This document shows, one piece after another, positions 55,426 through 64,000 of a stretch of DNA of 64,000 nucleotides (position 1 is its first letter; every line of letters begins with the position of its first letter). Below the pieces are notes generated by a model, which saw only the letters and a program-made list of their open reading frames with translations, made no database searches and was not told where the DNA came from. This DNA is from an uncultured Clostridia bacterium (GTDB taxonomy: Bacteria > Bacillota > Clostridia > Christensenellales > UBA1242): positions 126,690 to 190,689 of the forward strand of contig CALVNY010000017.1 of the NCBI GenBank assembly GCA_944350085.1, given 5' to 3'. A program made the translations under genes and the position numbers.

Positions 55426-56713
55426 CTATGTTTTCCTCCCTTTTAAAACCAATTTTATTAGGTTTTGTTGAATTGTAAGTTAAATAAGTGTTTAATAATC
55501 CACGAGTTAAAAGCAAACTTGTAAACATATTAACAGCAAAGCCAATAAACATTATAAATCCAAAACTTTTTACTTGTAAGTTTCCTAACCATAGTAAAAG
55601 CAACCCAAAAATTACAGGAAGAATATTTAAGTCTAAAATTGGGAATATAGATTTGTTTAAACCTGCTTTAAAACTGCCAGGTAGTTTTTTACCATTTGCG
55701 TATTCTCTTTTGATTTTTTCTAAAATAACTAAATTGCAAATGTAAGCAATTAAATATGAAAATGCAAAAGCAAACATTCCATATAAATTAGTTTGTAATA
55801 TGCTTATGCTTGAACATATTCCAATAGTTAATACAAAATTTGCTAAAAGTGACATTGCAGTAACAAGTCCAAGATGTTTGTATTTCAAACAAATAAATAC
55901 TATTGAACCCACAATAAATAATGCAGTTAAAATAGTTCCAACAAGTGCACCATAATTTAATGATGGCTCAGTTAAATAAATATATGAAGAAGATTCCAAT
56001 GTTAATTTAACAGGGAAAATTCCATTTAAAAATTGTGAAATATATGTTTGTGTTTCAAGGTATGTGTTCATACTTCCTGAAAGGAACAATGCTCCATCAG
56101 TAATTTCTTGTGACAAACTAATTGTTTGTATTTGTGTTTCGCCATCTTCACCACCATAAATGTACAAGCTTTCACCATTTGAAACAATTGAACTTGAAAG
56201 GGTTTTTAATTTTTCTGCACCACTTTCAGTAAATTCAAAATATGCACCATAGCCACCTTCGGTTGTGTTACGACGAACTGATATTGATTTTATATCTTCA
56301 CCAGTTAATGCTTTTTCGCCATCAGCTGAACCTCTAAAATTTAGTTGCATATATGAGCCAATGTTGTTAAGTAGTGTTTCAACACTTGACAAAGCAGCTG
56401 CTTCAACTTTTAATTTATCATCACCAAGCCTTGTTACTTTAACAGATTGATTTCTAATTCCAAAAAAGTTTTCAATATGTGATTTTGTGGTTTCAACATC
56501 AAGCCTGTAATCACTATCAAGTCCAACCCTTTCAATATTGTACACAGCAACAATGCCACTAGTTAATTCGTTTGTTTTTAACAAGCCATTATAAAACCCT
56601 GTGAACTTTTGTGTTGTAAATGGAATATTAAAACCAAAACAAACAAGCAAAATGCCAATTAGCACTGTAATTGCCATATAAATTAATCTACGAACTGCCC
56701 TATTTTTTTTCAT
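55412..56713 (-). CDS. secD: protein translocase subunit SecD
   Basis: N-terminal TM helix, a large external domain, and a C-terminal six-TM SecD/F block (EKIKREYANGKKL...ILDLNILPVIFGLLLL...GFAVNMFTS). ATG 56713 (MKKNRAV) is preferred. Confidence 0.75.
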   Translation of the reverse strand: MKKNRAVRRLIYMAITVLIGILLVCFGFNIPFTTQKFTGFYNGLLKTNELTSGIVAVYNIERVGLDSDYRLDVETTKSHIENFFGIRNQSVKVTRLGDDKLKVEAAALSSVETLLNNIGSYMQLNFRGSADGEKALTGEDIKSISVRRNTTEGGYGAYFEFTESGAEKLKTLSSSIVSNGESLYIYGGEDGETQIQTISLSQEITDGALFLSGSMNTYLETQTYISQFLNGIFPVKLTLESSSYIYLTEPSLNYGALVGTILTALFIVGSIVFICLKYKHLGLVTAMSLLANFVLTIGICSSISILQTNLYGMFAFAFSYLIAYICNLVILEKIKREYANGKKLPGSFKAGLNKSIFPILDLNILPVIFGLLLLWLGNLQVKSFGFIMFIGFAVNMFTSLLLTRGLLNTYLTYNSTKPNKIGFKREENIDEIA

Positions 56714-56949
56714 TAAAGTGAGTTTCTCCCTAAAAAAATTAATTTTATAATTATTTAAAATTAAATTACAAATTATTTTACTAAAACTAAAATAATAAGT
56801 CAATTTATTAAATATATATAATACCTAAATGATTATATATTGTTTTACAAAATAATGCAAACCATAAAATATAAAAACACAAAAAAAGCATTATTAAATA
56901 TTTAATAATGCCCTAAATTGTATTTAGTTATACTGCAAAACAAATTTAA

Positions 56950-57381
56950 TTATTTATTTTTATTTGCAACATTAACTGCAAAAACTCCGCATATTGCACC
57001 AATTAAACTTGCAAAAACTAAATCTATTATTGTTGTCATTGAAAAAGAAAAACTTGTGCTTAAAATTGAAAAAATTAAATATGCTAAAACGGAATATATA
57101 AGCCCTATAAAAAAGCCCATTTTTAAGCCTTTTTGCGGATTAAGTTTTGCAGCCATTAAACAACCAATTAAAATACTAAATATTTTTATTACTTGATTAA
57201 TTGGCATAATAAATGAATCCGACAAATTTGTAAATCTAATGATAACTGCAAATAACAAAATTGCAATTAACGAAATTGAAACAGCCCACAAACTCCCTTT
57301 TATAACTCCAAGCCCAAAATCATTTAATTTTTTTAGTTTAAATTCTCTTTTTGTTTTAGTTTTAACTTGCGATTTTTTCAT
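56950..57381 (-). CDS. small four-TM membrane protein (possibly TIGR04086/YrzE-like)
   Basis: 143 aa with four hydrophobic segments. Its position between yajC and secD matches Bacillus yrzE. The family assignment is from memory only. Confidence 0.45.
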   Translation of the reverse strand: MKKSQVKTKTKREFKLKKLNDFGLGVIKGSLWAVSISLIAILLFAVIIRFTNLSDSFIMPINQVIKIFSILIGCLMAAKLNPQKGLKMGFFIGLIYSVLAYLIFSILSTSFSFSMTTIIDLVFASLIGAICGVFAVNVANKNK

Positions 57382-57510
57382 ATTTTACCTCAAAAACTTT
57401 ATGTATATAAAACTATATGTGCTTTACTTTGATATTATGCAAACATTTATAATTTTATTTTAATAGTATTAAATTAAAAGTTTTAAAAACATTAAAAACC
57501 AAAGTTGATA

Positions 57511-57555
57511 AAAAAACAAAAACTAAATTATTTTAGTTTTTGCTTTTTATTTTTT
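57511..57555. terminator. bidirectional terminator after nrdG
   Basis: Perfect 11-bp stem CAAAAACTAAA / TTTAGTTTTTG with a 4-nt loop, flanked by A and T runs. Confidence 0.75.
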
Positions 57556-57626
57556 ATATAAACAATTTATAAATTTTATAATAAAATCTATAAAATTTTC
57601 AATGTAAAATCTTCAATTTGAGGTTG

Positions 57627-58118
57627 TTAGTCGCAATATAAAACTAATTTATTTTGTTCTAGTGATTTTTGCACATCAATAACATTTTGATTTGGGCTTC
57701 CACGCCATTTTAAATTAGTGTCACGCCCTTCTATTTCAAACTTGCCATCAATTACAACATCTAAATTTTTCATTATTGGCAAATCTTTAACTTCATTCCA
57801 AAGATAACCTGTGTAAAGCCATTGTGTTTTATTTGGAAACTTTTGTTTTATCTCATCACTTAAATCTTTAACCCAATCTCTGTTTTGAGGATGAAGTGGG
57901 TCGCCACCACTAAATGTAATTCCACTAACATAGTCTTTGTTTAATTCATCAAAAATTTCCTGTTTAGCAGATTCATCAAATGGAATTCCACCATTAATAT
58001 CCCAAGTTATTGGATTTTGACATTCTTTGCAATGATGATTGCAACCAGCAACCCAAAGCACAACTCTTATTCCGTCTCCATTTACCATATCATCTTTTGT
58101 TATATTGTGATATCGCAT
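57627..58118 (-). CDS. nrdG: anaerobic ribonucleotide reductase activating protein
   Basis: Radical-SAM cluster motif GCNHHCKECQNP. 163 aa, directly downstream of nrdD. Confidence 0.9.
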   Translation of the reverse strand: MRYHNITKDDMVNGDGIRVVLWVAGCNHHCKECQNPITWDINGGIPFDESAKQEIFDELNKDYVSGITFSGGDPLHPQNRDWVKDLSDEIKQKFPNKTQWLYTGYLWNEVKDLPIMKNLDVVIDGKFEIEGRDTNLKWRGSPNQNVIDVQKSLEQNKLVLYCD

Positions 58119-58127
58119 AATAATCTC

Positions 58128-60296
58128 CTACATTGAAACTCTATCTTTAATTTCGGCAAGTTTGCCATCGTTCATAAAACTTCTACCTTTAACTTTTGAA
58201 TAACCTAGATAACCACATACACGATTAACTTCTGTTATGTCTTCACTTCCACATTTTGGGCATTTTGTCATATTTAGTTGTTCGTAACCACAATGTTCGC
58301 AATAGCATTTATCCATGTTTACACCTTGATAATAGCCTTTTTGCATACCTCTACGAATAATAGTTTTTAATGCTTCAGTGTTGTAATCTATTGGATATTT
58401 TGTGTATGTAATTTTTCCACCATTGCTTAATTCCCAAAAGCGTTCTTCATAATCTTGCTTTTGAATAGGACTTATATGTTCACCAACATGACAATGGAAA
58501 CTATTTGTAAAATAATCTTTGTCAGAAACGCCTTCAATAATTCCGTATTTTTCTCTAAATTGTTTTACTTGTAGTGAAATCAATGATTCTGCTGGTGTTC
58601 CATAAATTGCATATAAAATATGGTCTTCTTCTTTTATTCTTTTAACATAGTCATTCAAATAATTCATAACATCTATTGCAAATTGACCATCTTCAATTAT
58701 TGATTTTCCGTTATACAATCTTTGTAATTCATTTAATGCTGTATAACCAAAACTAAATGTTACGTAATCAAGTAGTGGTTTAATTGGGTCTGTTGCCTTC
58801 AAATTTCCTTTATATAATCCACCTTCCATAAATGCAAGTGGGCTTTTGCCTGCTTTTAATTTTGCTAAGAAATCTCTTGTTCTTTGATGTAAATGCCTAA
58901 TCATTTCAAGATATTCTAAATAAACTTCATAGAAGTCTCTATTTTCTTCTTTTGCTTTCATAAATATCATAGGAAGATTTAAAGTTATAGCACCGCCATT
59001 CCATCTGCCAACAAACACTGGAACATCTTTGTCATCTGCTGGGTGTTGACCACCTCTTTCCCAGTATGGAGAAAGAAATGCACGACAACCCATTGGAGAA
59101 ATAACTTTTCCATATTTTTTGTACATATCGGCAATATAGCCATTACCACTTAAACTTAAATAATCTGGATATTGTGCGTGCCTACTACACTCAACTGCTG
59201 CATCGAATAAATCTTCAAGTGGTTTGCCTTCCCCATGAACATTTTCATCATACAAAAATACAAGTTTTGGGAACAAAACAGCCTTTTTAAAGCCCGGTGC
59301 ACCTTGACCACCTGCTCTTACTTTTAACATTGCTTTTGTTGCCATTTTTTCAAAATGTTTGTCGCCTAAACCAAATGTAAATGTAACAAAAGGATAATCT
59401 CCACGAGAAGACCCAACAGTGTTTAGTTTGTATTCAAGTGCTTGAAAGCCTTGTTCAAAATCACGCCTTACTTTGTTGTTTGCATATTCGTTAGTTTTTT
59501 CTTCTAATTCTTTTTCGGTAAAATTGATATTTAAGTCTTTAACAATATTTTTATACTCTTCACAATATTTTTTAAAACTTTTTTGTGCGTAAGGTTCTAA
59601 AACTTTGTCCATTTCTGGAAGCGTAAAACCACCATATTGTTGGCTTGCAGCAGCCATAATAACATCACCTAAAACATTAAAGCAGATTGCAAGTGTTGTA
59701 GGTTCAGTGTATTTAATGTTTCCAAGTTCAAAGCCACCTTTTAATACATTTGCAATATCAAACAAACAACAATTATATGTGTCTAACCTTGCACTTCTAT
59801 CGTGAACATAAATATAGCCTTCTTTCATTGCCTGTCTTTCATCTGGCATTAAAAAGAATTTTTTGTAAAATTCACCATTAAGTTCGTTCCAACCTAAACA
59901 TCTTTTTGTTGAAACCAATGTGCTATCTGTGTTTGCATTGCTTCTATCACCAATAAAATCAATTGCTTGAACTTTTTGGTAAACATTATCTAGCATCTTA
60001 ACAAAATCTTGCCTATAGTTTCTATAATTTCTATAACTATTTGCAACTCTTTCATCAACCTTTTCCAATGCGTTTTCAACAACATTATGCATGGTTGGAA
60101 TTGGGATTTCTTTTATGCCTAATTCAATAATTTGATCGTTTACATAATGCCTAATATCATCTAATTCTTTTTCGTTAAATGTTATTAATGCTCTTGCTGC
60201 ACTTTTACTAATTGCTGCAATAACCTTTTCTACATTATACGGCTCTTTTGTACCATCTTTTTTAATTACTTTACATGTTTTTAATGAATTTGACAT
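58128..60296 (-). CDS. nrdD: anaerobic ribonucleoside-triphosphate reductase
   Basis: ATP-cone N-terminus, Zn-ribbon CEHCGY...CPKCGS and the glycyl-radical end RVCGYLG. AAGGAGG SD (rc of 60302-60308) supports ATG 60296. Confidence 0.95.
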   Translation of the reverse strand: MSNSLKTCKVIKKDGTKEPYNVEKVIAAISKSAARALITFNEKELDDIRHYVNDQIIELGIKEIPIPTMHNVVENALEKVDERVANSYRNYRNYRQDFVKMLDNVYQKVQAIDFIGDRSNANTDSTLVSTKRCLGWNELNGEFYKKFFLMPDERQAMKEGYIYVHDRSARLDTYNCCLFDIANVLKGGFELGNIKYTEPTTLAICFNVLGDVIMAAASQQYGGFTLPEMDKVLEPYAQKSFKKYCEEYKNIVKDLNINFTEKELEEKTNEYANNKVRRDFEQGFQALEYKLNTVGSSRGDYPFVTFTFGLGDKHFEKMATKAMLKVRAGGQGAPGFKKAVLFPKLVFLYDENVHGEGKPLEDLFDAAVECSRHAQYPDYLSLSGNGYIADMYKKYGKVISPMGCRAFLSPYWERGGQHPADDKDVPVFVGRWNGGAITLNLPMIFMKAKEENRDFYEVYLEYLEMIRHLHQRTRDFLAKLKAGKSPLAFMEGGLYKGNLKATDPIKPLLDYVTFSFGYTALNELQRLYNGKSIIEDGQFAIDVMNYLNDYVKRIKEEDHILYAIYGTPAESLISLQVKQFREKYGIIEGVSDKDYFTNSFHCHVGEHISPIQKQDYEERFWELSNGGKITYTKYPIDYNTEALKTIIRRGMQKGYYQGVNMDKCYCEHCGYEQLNMTKCPKCGSEDITEVNRVCGYLGYSKVKGRSFMNDGKLAEIKDRVSM

Positions 60297-60319
60297 AAAA
60301 TCCTCCTTAAAATACAAAA

Positions 60320-60333
60320 CACAATATATTGTG
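60320..60333. promoter_or_regulatory. NrdR box 1
   Basis: Perfect palindrome CACAATATATTGTG matches the NrdR-box consensus (acaCwAtATaTwGtgt). Confidence 0.75.
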
Positions 60334-60363
60334 GTTATATATGTAAAAATTTAAAATATTTTT

Positions 60364-60375
60364 ACAATATATTGA
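60364..60375. promoter_or_regulatory. NrdR box 2 (weaker)
   Basis: ACAATATATTGA shares 11/12 positions with the core of box 1. Box centres are 43 bp apart. Confidence 0.55.
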
Positions 60376-60463
60376 TTTGTAACTGTTTCCATATTAAAAC
60401 AACATATTAAAAAAATCAAATAAAATTCATAAAAAAAAATTTATTGTTTATATTGCACAAAAA

Positions 60464-60499
60464 TTAAAAAAAGTATGGATATGTTTGACATCCATACTT
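60464..60499 (-). terminator. terminator after yajC
   Basis: Stem AGTATGGAT / ATCCATACT with a 9-nt loop and a T-run on the minus strand. Confidence 0.75.
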
Positions 60500-60527
60500 T
60501 ATAAAATCATAACTATTGATTAATCAA

Positions 60528-61115
60528 TTATTTTTCATCAACTTTTGTTTCTGTTGATTTTTTTGTGCTATTTGTTTTTTTGGTTGACTTTTTGGCAGAA
60601 GTTGAAGACTTTTTAGCAGTTTTTGGTTGTTTTTCAACCTTTTCTTCATTTTTTTCGTCTGCTTTTGTTTCTTCATTTTCAGTTTCAGCATCAACTTCAA
60701 CAACTTCTTCTTCGTCTTCTTCATCAACTTCAACAACATCAACTTCATCTGCTTCATCTTCATCTGCAAATGTTATGTCATTTCCGTTTTCATCAAAAAC
60801 CAATTCTCTTTTTGTGTCAATTCCAAAAATTGCATTTATATGAATTTGTTGATAACTAACTTTTTTGCCTTCACCTGTTTCAAGTAAAACAATTTTACCA
60901 TCAGTTGTGTCTGTAACTGAAACAACTTTTCCATATAATCCAGAATATGTTTTAACCATTGCACCCGGAACTATTTTTGAATTTAATTCGTTTCTATAAC
61001 TTTCTTCTTTTTTGCGTCTTGACAAACTTAGCAATAAAAATGCAACAATAACTACTACTAAAATTATTAGTAACATATAACTATCTGCAAAACCTGCTAA
61101 TAATAAATTTTTCAT
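60528..61115 (-). CDS. yajC: preprotein translocase subunit YajC with a long charged C-terminal extension
   Basis: N-terminal TM helix plus the YajC core (VPGAMVKTYSGLYGKVVSV...GKIVLLETGEG). AGGAG SD. About 90 extra D/E/K-rich residues at the C-terminus. Confidence 0.75.
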   Translation of the reverse strand: MKNLLLAGFADSYMLLIILVVVIVAFLLLSLSRRKKEESYRNELNSKIVPGAMVKTYSGLYGKVVSVTDTTDGKIVLLETGEGKKVSYQQIHINAIFGIDTKRELVFDENGNDITFADEDEADEVDVVEVDEEDEEEVVEVDAETENEETKADEKNEEKVEKQPKTAKKSSTSAKKSTKKTNSTKKSTETKVDEK

Positions 61116-61202
61116 ATAAAATTACTCCTTACTTTTTTTTAAAAACTGATTAATTATAACAAATATATTACTTTAATCAAAATGAATATTTAATGTATTA
61201 TG

Positions 61203-62318
<1,116 letters not shown>

Positions 62319-62358
62319 TTAACCTATAATTTAATTTTTTAATATTTAAAAACATTGC

Positions 62359-63396
62359 TTACAACAATAATGTTGCATCACCAAAACTGAAAAATCTATA
62401 TTTATTTTCAACTGCAACTTTATACATATTTAATGTTTCTTCAACTCCACAAAATGCGGATACTAACATTATTAGTGTGCTTTCTGGTAAATGAAAATTA
62501 GTAATAACGGCATCAACAACTTTAAATTTATAACCAGGATAAATAAAAATATTTGTATTGCCTTTATATTCCTTCAAAACACCATTATTAAATGTTGCGG
62601 CACTTTCCAATGTCCTAATGCTTGTTGTTCCTACTGCAACTATTTTGTTGCCATTTTTCTTTGCATTGTTTATTGTGTCAACAACTTCTTTTGAAATTTC
62701 AAAATATTCACTATGCATATTGTGATTTAAAATATTGTCCTCACTAACAGGCCTAAAAGTTCCAAGACCTACATGCAACATAACTTCAGCAATAATAACA
62801 CCTTTTTCCTTTATTTTGTTTAACAATTCTTCTGTAAAATGAAGTCCTGCAGTTGGTGCTGCTGATGAACCAAGTTCATTTGCATAAACAGTTTGATACT
62901 TAGAATTGTCTTTTAAAGTTTCCTTAATATAGTGAGGCAAAGGCATTAAGCCAATTTTGTTTATTTCGTCCTCAAAAACAACGGAATTTAAGCAAGTAAA
63001 TTCAACAATTTTGCCACCAAAGTCTGTGTCATCTAAGATTGTGCAATACAAATTGTCACTAAATACAATTTTTGTGCCAACTTTTGCTCTTTTACCCGGT
63101 TTAACTAATGTTTCCCACCTGTTTAGTTCTAACCTTTTTAACAATAAAACTTCTATTACTGCACCTGTTTCTTTTTTTCCAATTAGTCTAGCTGGCAAAA
63201 CTTTTGATGTGTTAATTACTAAAACATCACCTTTGTTTAAATAATCAATTACATCTTTAAATATTTTGTGATTAATGCTTTTGTCCTTTCTATTATAAAC
63301 AAGAAGCCTAGCACTATCTCTTGGTTCTATTGGGTTTTGTGCAATAAGTTCTTTTGGTAAATCATAATAATATGTGCTTCTACTTGTTACATCCAT
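62359..63396 (-). CDS. queA: S-adenosylmethionine:tRNA ribosyltransferase-isomerase
   Basis: [51 protein letters not shown] favours ATG 63396 over ATG 63414. Confidence 0.95.
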   Translation of the reverse strand: MDVTSRSTYYYDLPKELIAQNPIEPRDSARLLVYNRKDKSINHKIFKDVIDYLNKGDVLVINTSKVLPARLIGKKETGAVIEVLLLKRLELNRWETLVKPGKRAKVGTKIVFSDNLYCTILDDTDFGGKIVEFTCLNSVVFEDEINKIGLMPLPHYIKETLKDNSKYQTVYANELGSSAAPTAGLHFTEELLNKIKEKGVIIAEVMLHVGLGTFRPVSEDNILNHNMHSEYFEISKEVVDTINNAKKNGNKIVAVGTTSIRTLESAATFNNGVLKEYKGNTNIFIYPGYKFKVVDAVITNFHLPESTLIMLVSAFCGVEETLNMYKVAVENKYRFFSFGDATLLL

Positions 63397-64000
63397 CTTC
63401 TTCACCTTGAACATACATATTCAAATATTTTTGTCTATCTGCACTTATTTTTTTGCCTAAATGCTTGTAAGCATTTGGAAGAACAATTCTTCCCCTTGGA
63501 GTTCTGGCAATAAAACCTAGTTGCAATAAATATGGTTCATAAACATCTTCAATGGTGTTACTATCCTCATTAGTTGCGGCAGCAAGTGTGTCAAGCCCCA
63601 CAGGCCCACCATGAAACTTGTCAATAATTGTGTTTAAAATAACCCTATCAGTGTAATCTAAGCCTAAGTCATCAACTTCAAGCATATTTAATGCTTCTTT
63701 TGCAATGTCAAGTGTTATTTTTTTGCTATTTTTAACTTCGGCAAAATCACGCACTCTTTTTAAAAATCTGTTTGCAACTCTTGGCGTGCCCCTGCTTCTT
63801 TTGCTTAATTCAATGCAAGCATCTTTATCAATTTCGATATTTAAAATTTTTGCATTTCTATTAATTATTGTAGACAATTCCTCGATTGTGTACATTTCTA
63901 GCCTACAAACAACTCCAAATCTATCTCTTAATGGACCTGTAAGCATACCAGCCTTAGTAGTTGCCCCAATTAATGTAAAAGGTTGAAGTTTTAATCGCAT
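63380..64000 (-). CDS. ruvB: Holliday junction helicase RuvB (N-terminus outside the window)
   Basis: [58 protein letters not shown]. The ORF runs off the right edge of the window. Confidence 0.95.
   Translation of the reverse strand: MRLKLQPFTLIGATTKAGMLTGPLRDRFGVVCRLEMYTIEELSTIINRNAKILNIEIDKDACIELSKRSRGTPRVANRFLKRVRDFAEVKNSKKITLDIAKEALNMLEVDDLGLDYTDRVILNTIIDKFHGGPVGLDTLAAATNEDSNTIEDVYEPYLLQLGFIARTPRGRIVLPNAYKHLGKKISADRQKYLNMYVQGEEDGCNK

Overview
Very AT-rich chromosomal segment from an anaerobic, endospore-forming Firmicute. The gene content is Clostridia-like: spoIIAA-spoIIAB-sigF, a tricistronic spoVAC/AD/AE operon, yunB and nrdDG. Most of the window is core housekeeping arranged in synteny blocks known from Bacillus and Clostridium: cysteine desulfurase-thiI, rny, miaB-mutS-mutL-miaA, ftsK-rimO-pgsA-cinA-recA, rpsO-pnp, and ruvB-queA-tgt-yajC...secD-secF-recJ-relA-hemZ. 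There is one tRNA (Trp-CCA). I saw no rRNA, CRISPR array, transposase or prophage genes. The only accessory-looking stretch is about 11.2-22.1 kb: flavodoxin-like gene, rnhA, an ABC-2 exporter with a large extracytoplasmic loop, TVP38, a membrane-tethered PadR-like regulator, a DUF45 metallohydrolase, an orphan gene and a Xer-family recombinase next to lexA. Recognisable regulatory sites are SOS boxes at lexA and recA, tandem NrdR boxes at nrdD, and several near-consensus sigma-A promoters and intrinsic terminators. The points most worth a second look are: (1) a G/C-containing 15-bp motif present as perfect inverted copies that bracket the orphan gene, with the right copy filling the spacer of the recombinase promoter; (2) the orphan protein, whose layout resembles a nucleotidyltransferase fold lacking its catalytic acids; (3) the PadR-like regulator with a long low-complexity linker and C-terminal membrane helices, divergent from a metallohydrolase; (4) a long RelA/SpoT homolog whose hydrolase motifs are all replaced; (5) an exact 26-nt repeat linking the ynbB 3' region to the inside of cinA; (6) a roughly 150-nt promoter-to-terminator leader upstream of pnuC. 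All functional links among these are inference. I could run no searches, folding or statistics.
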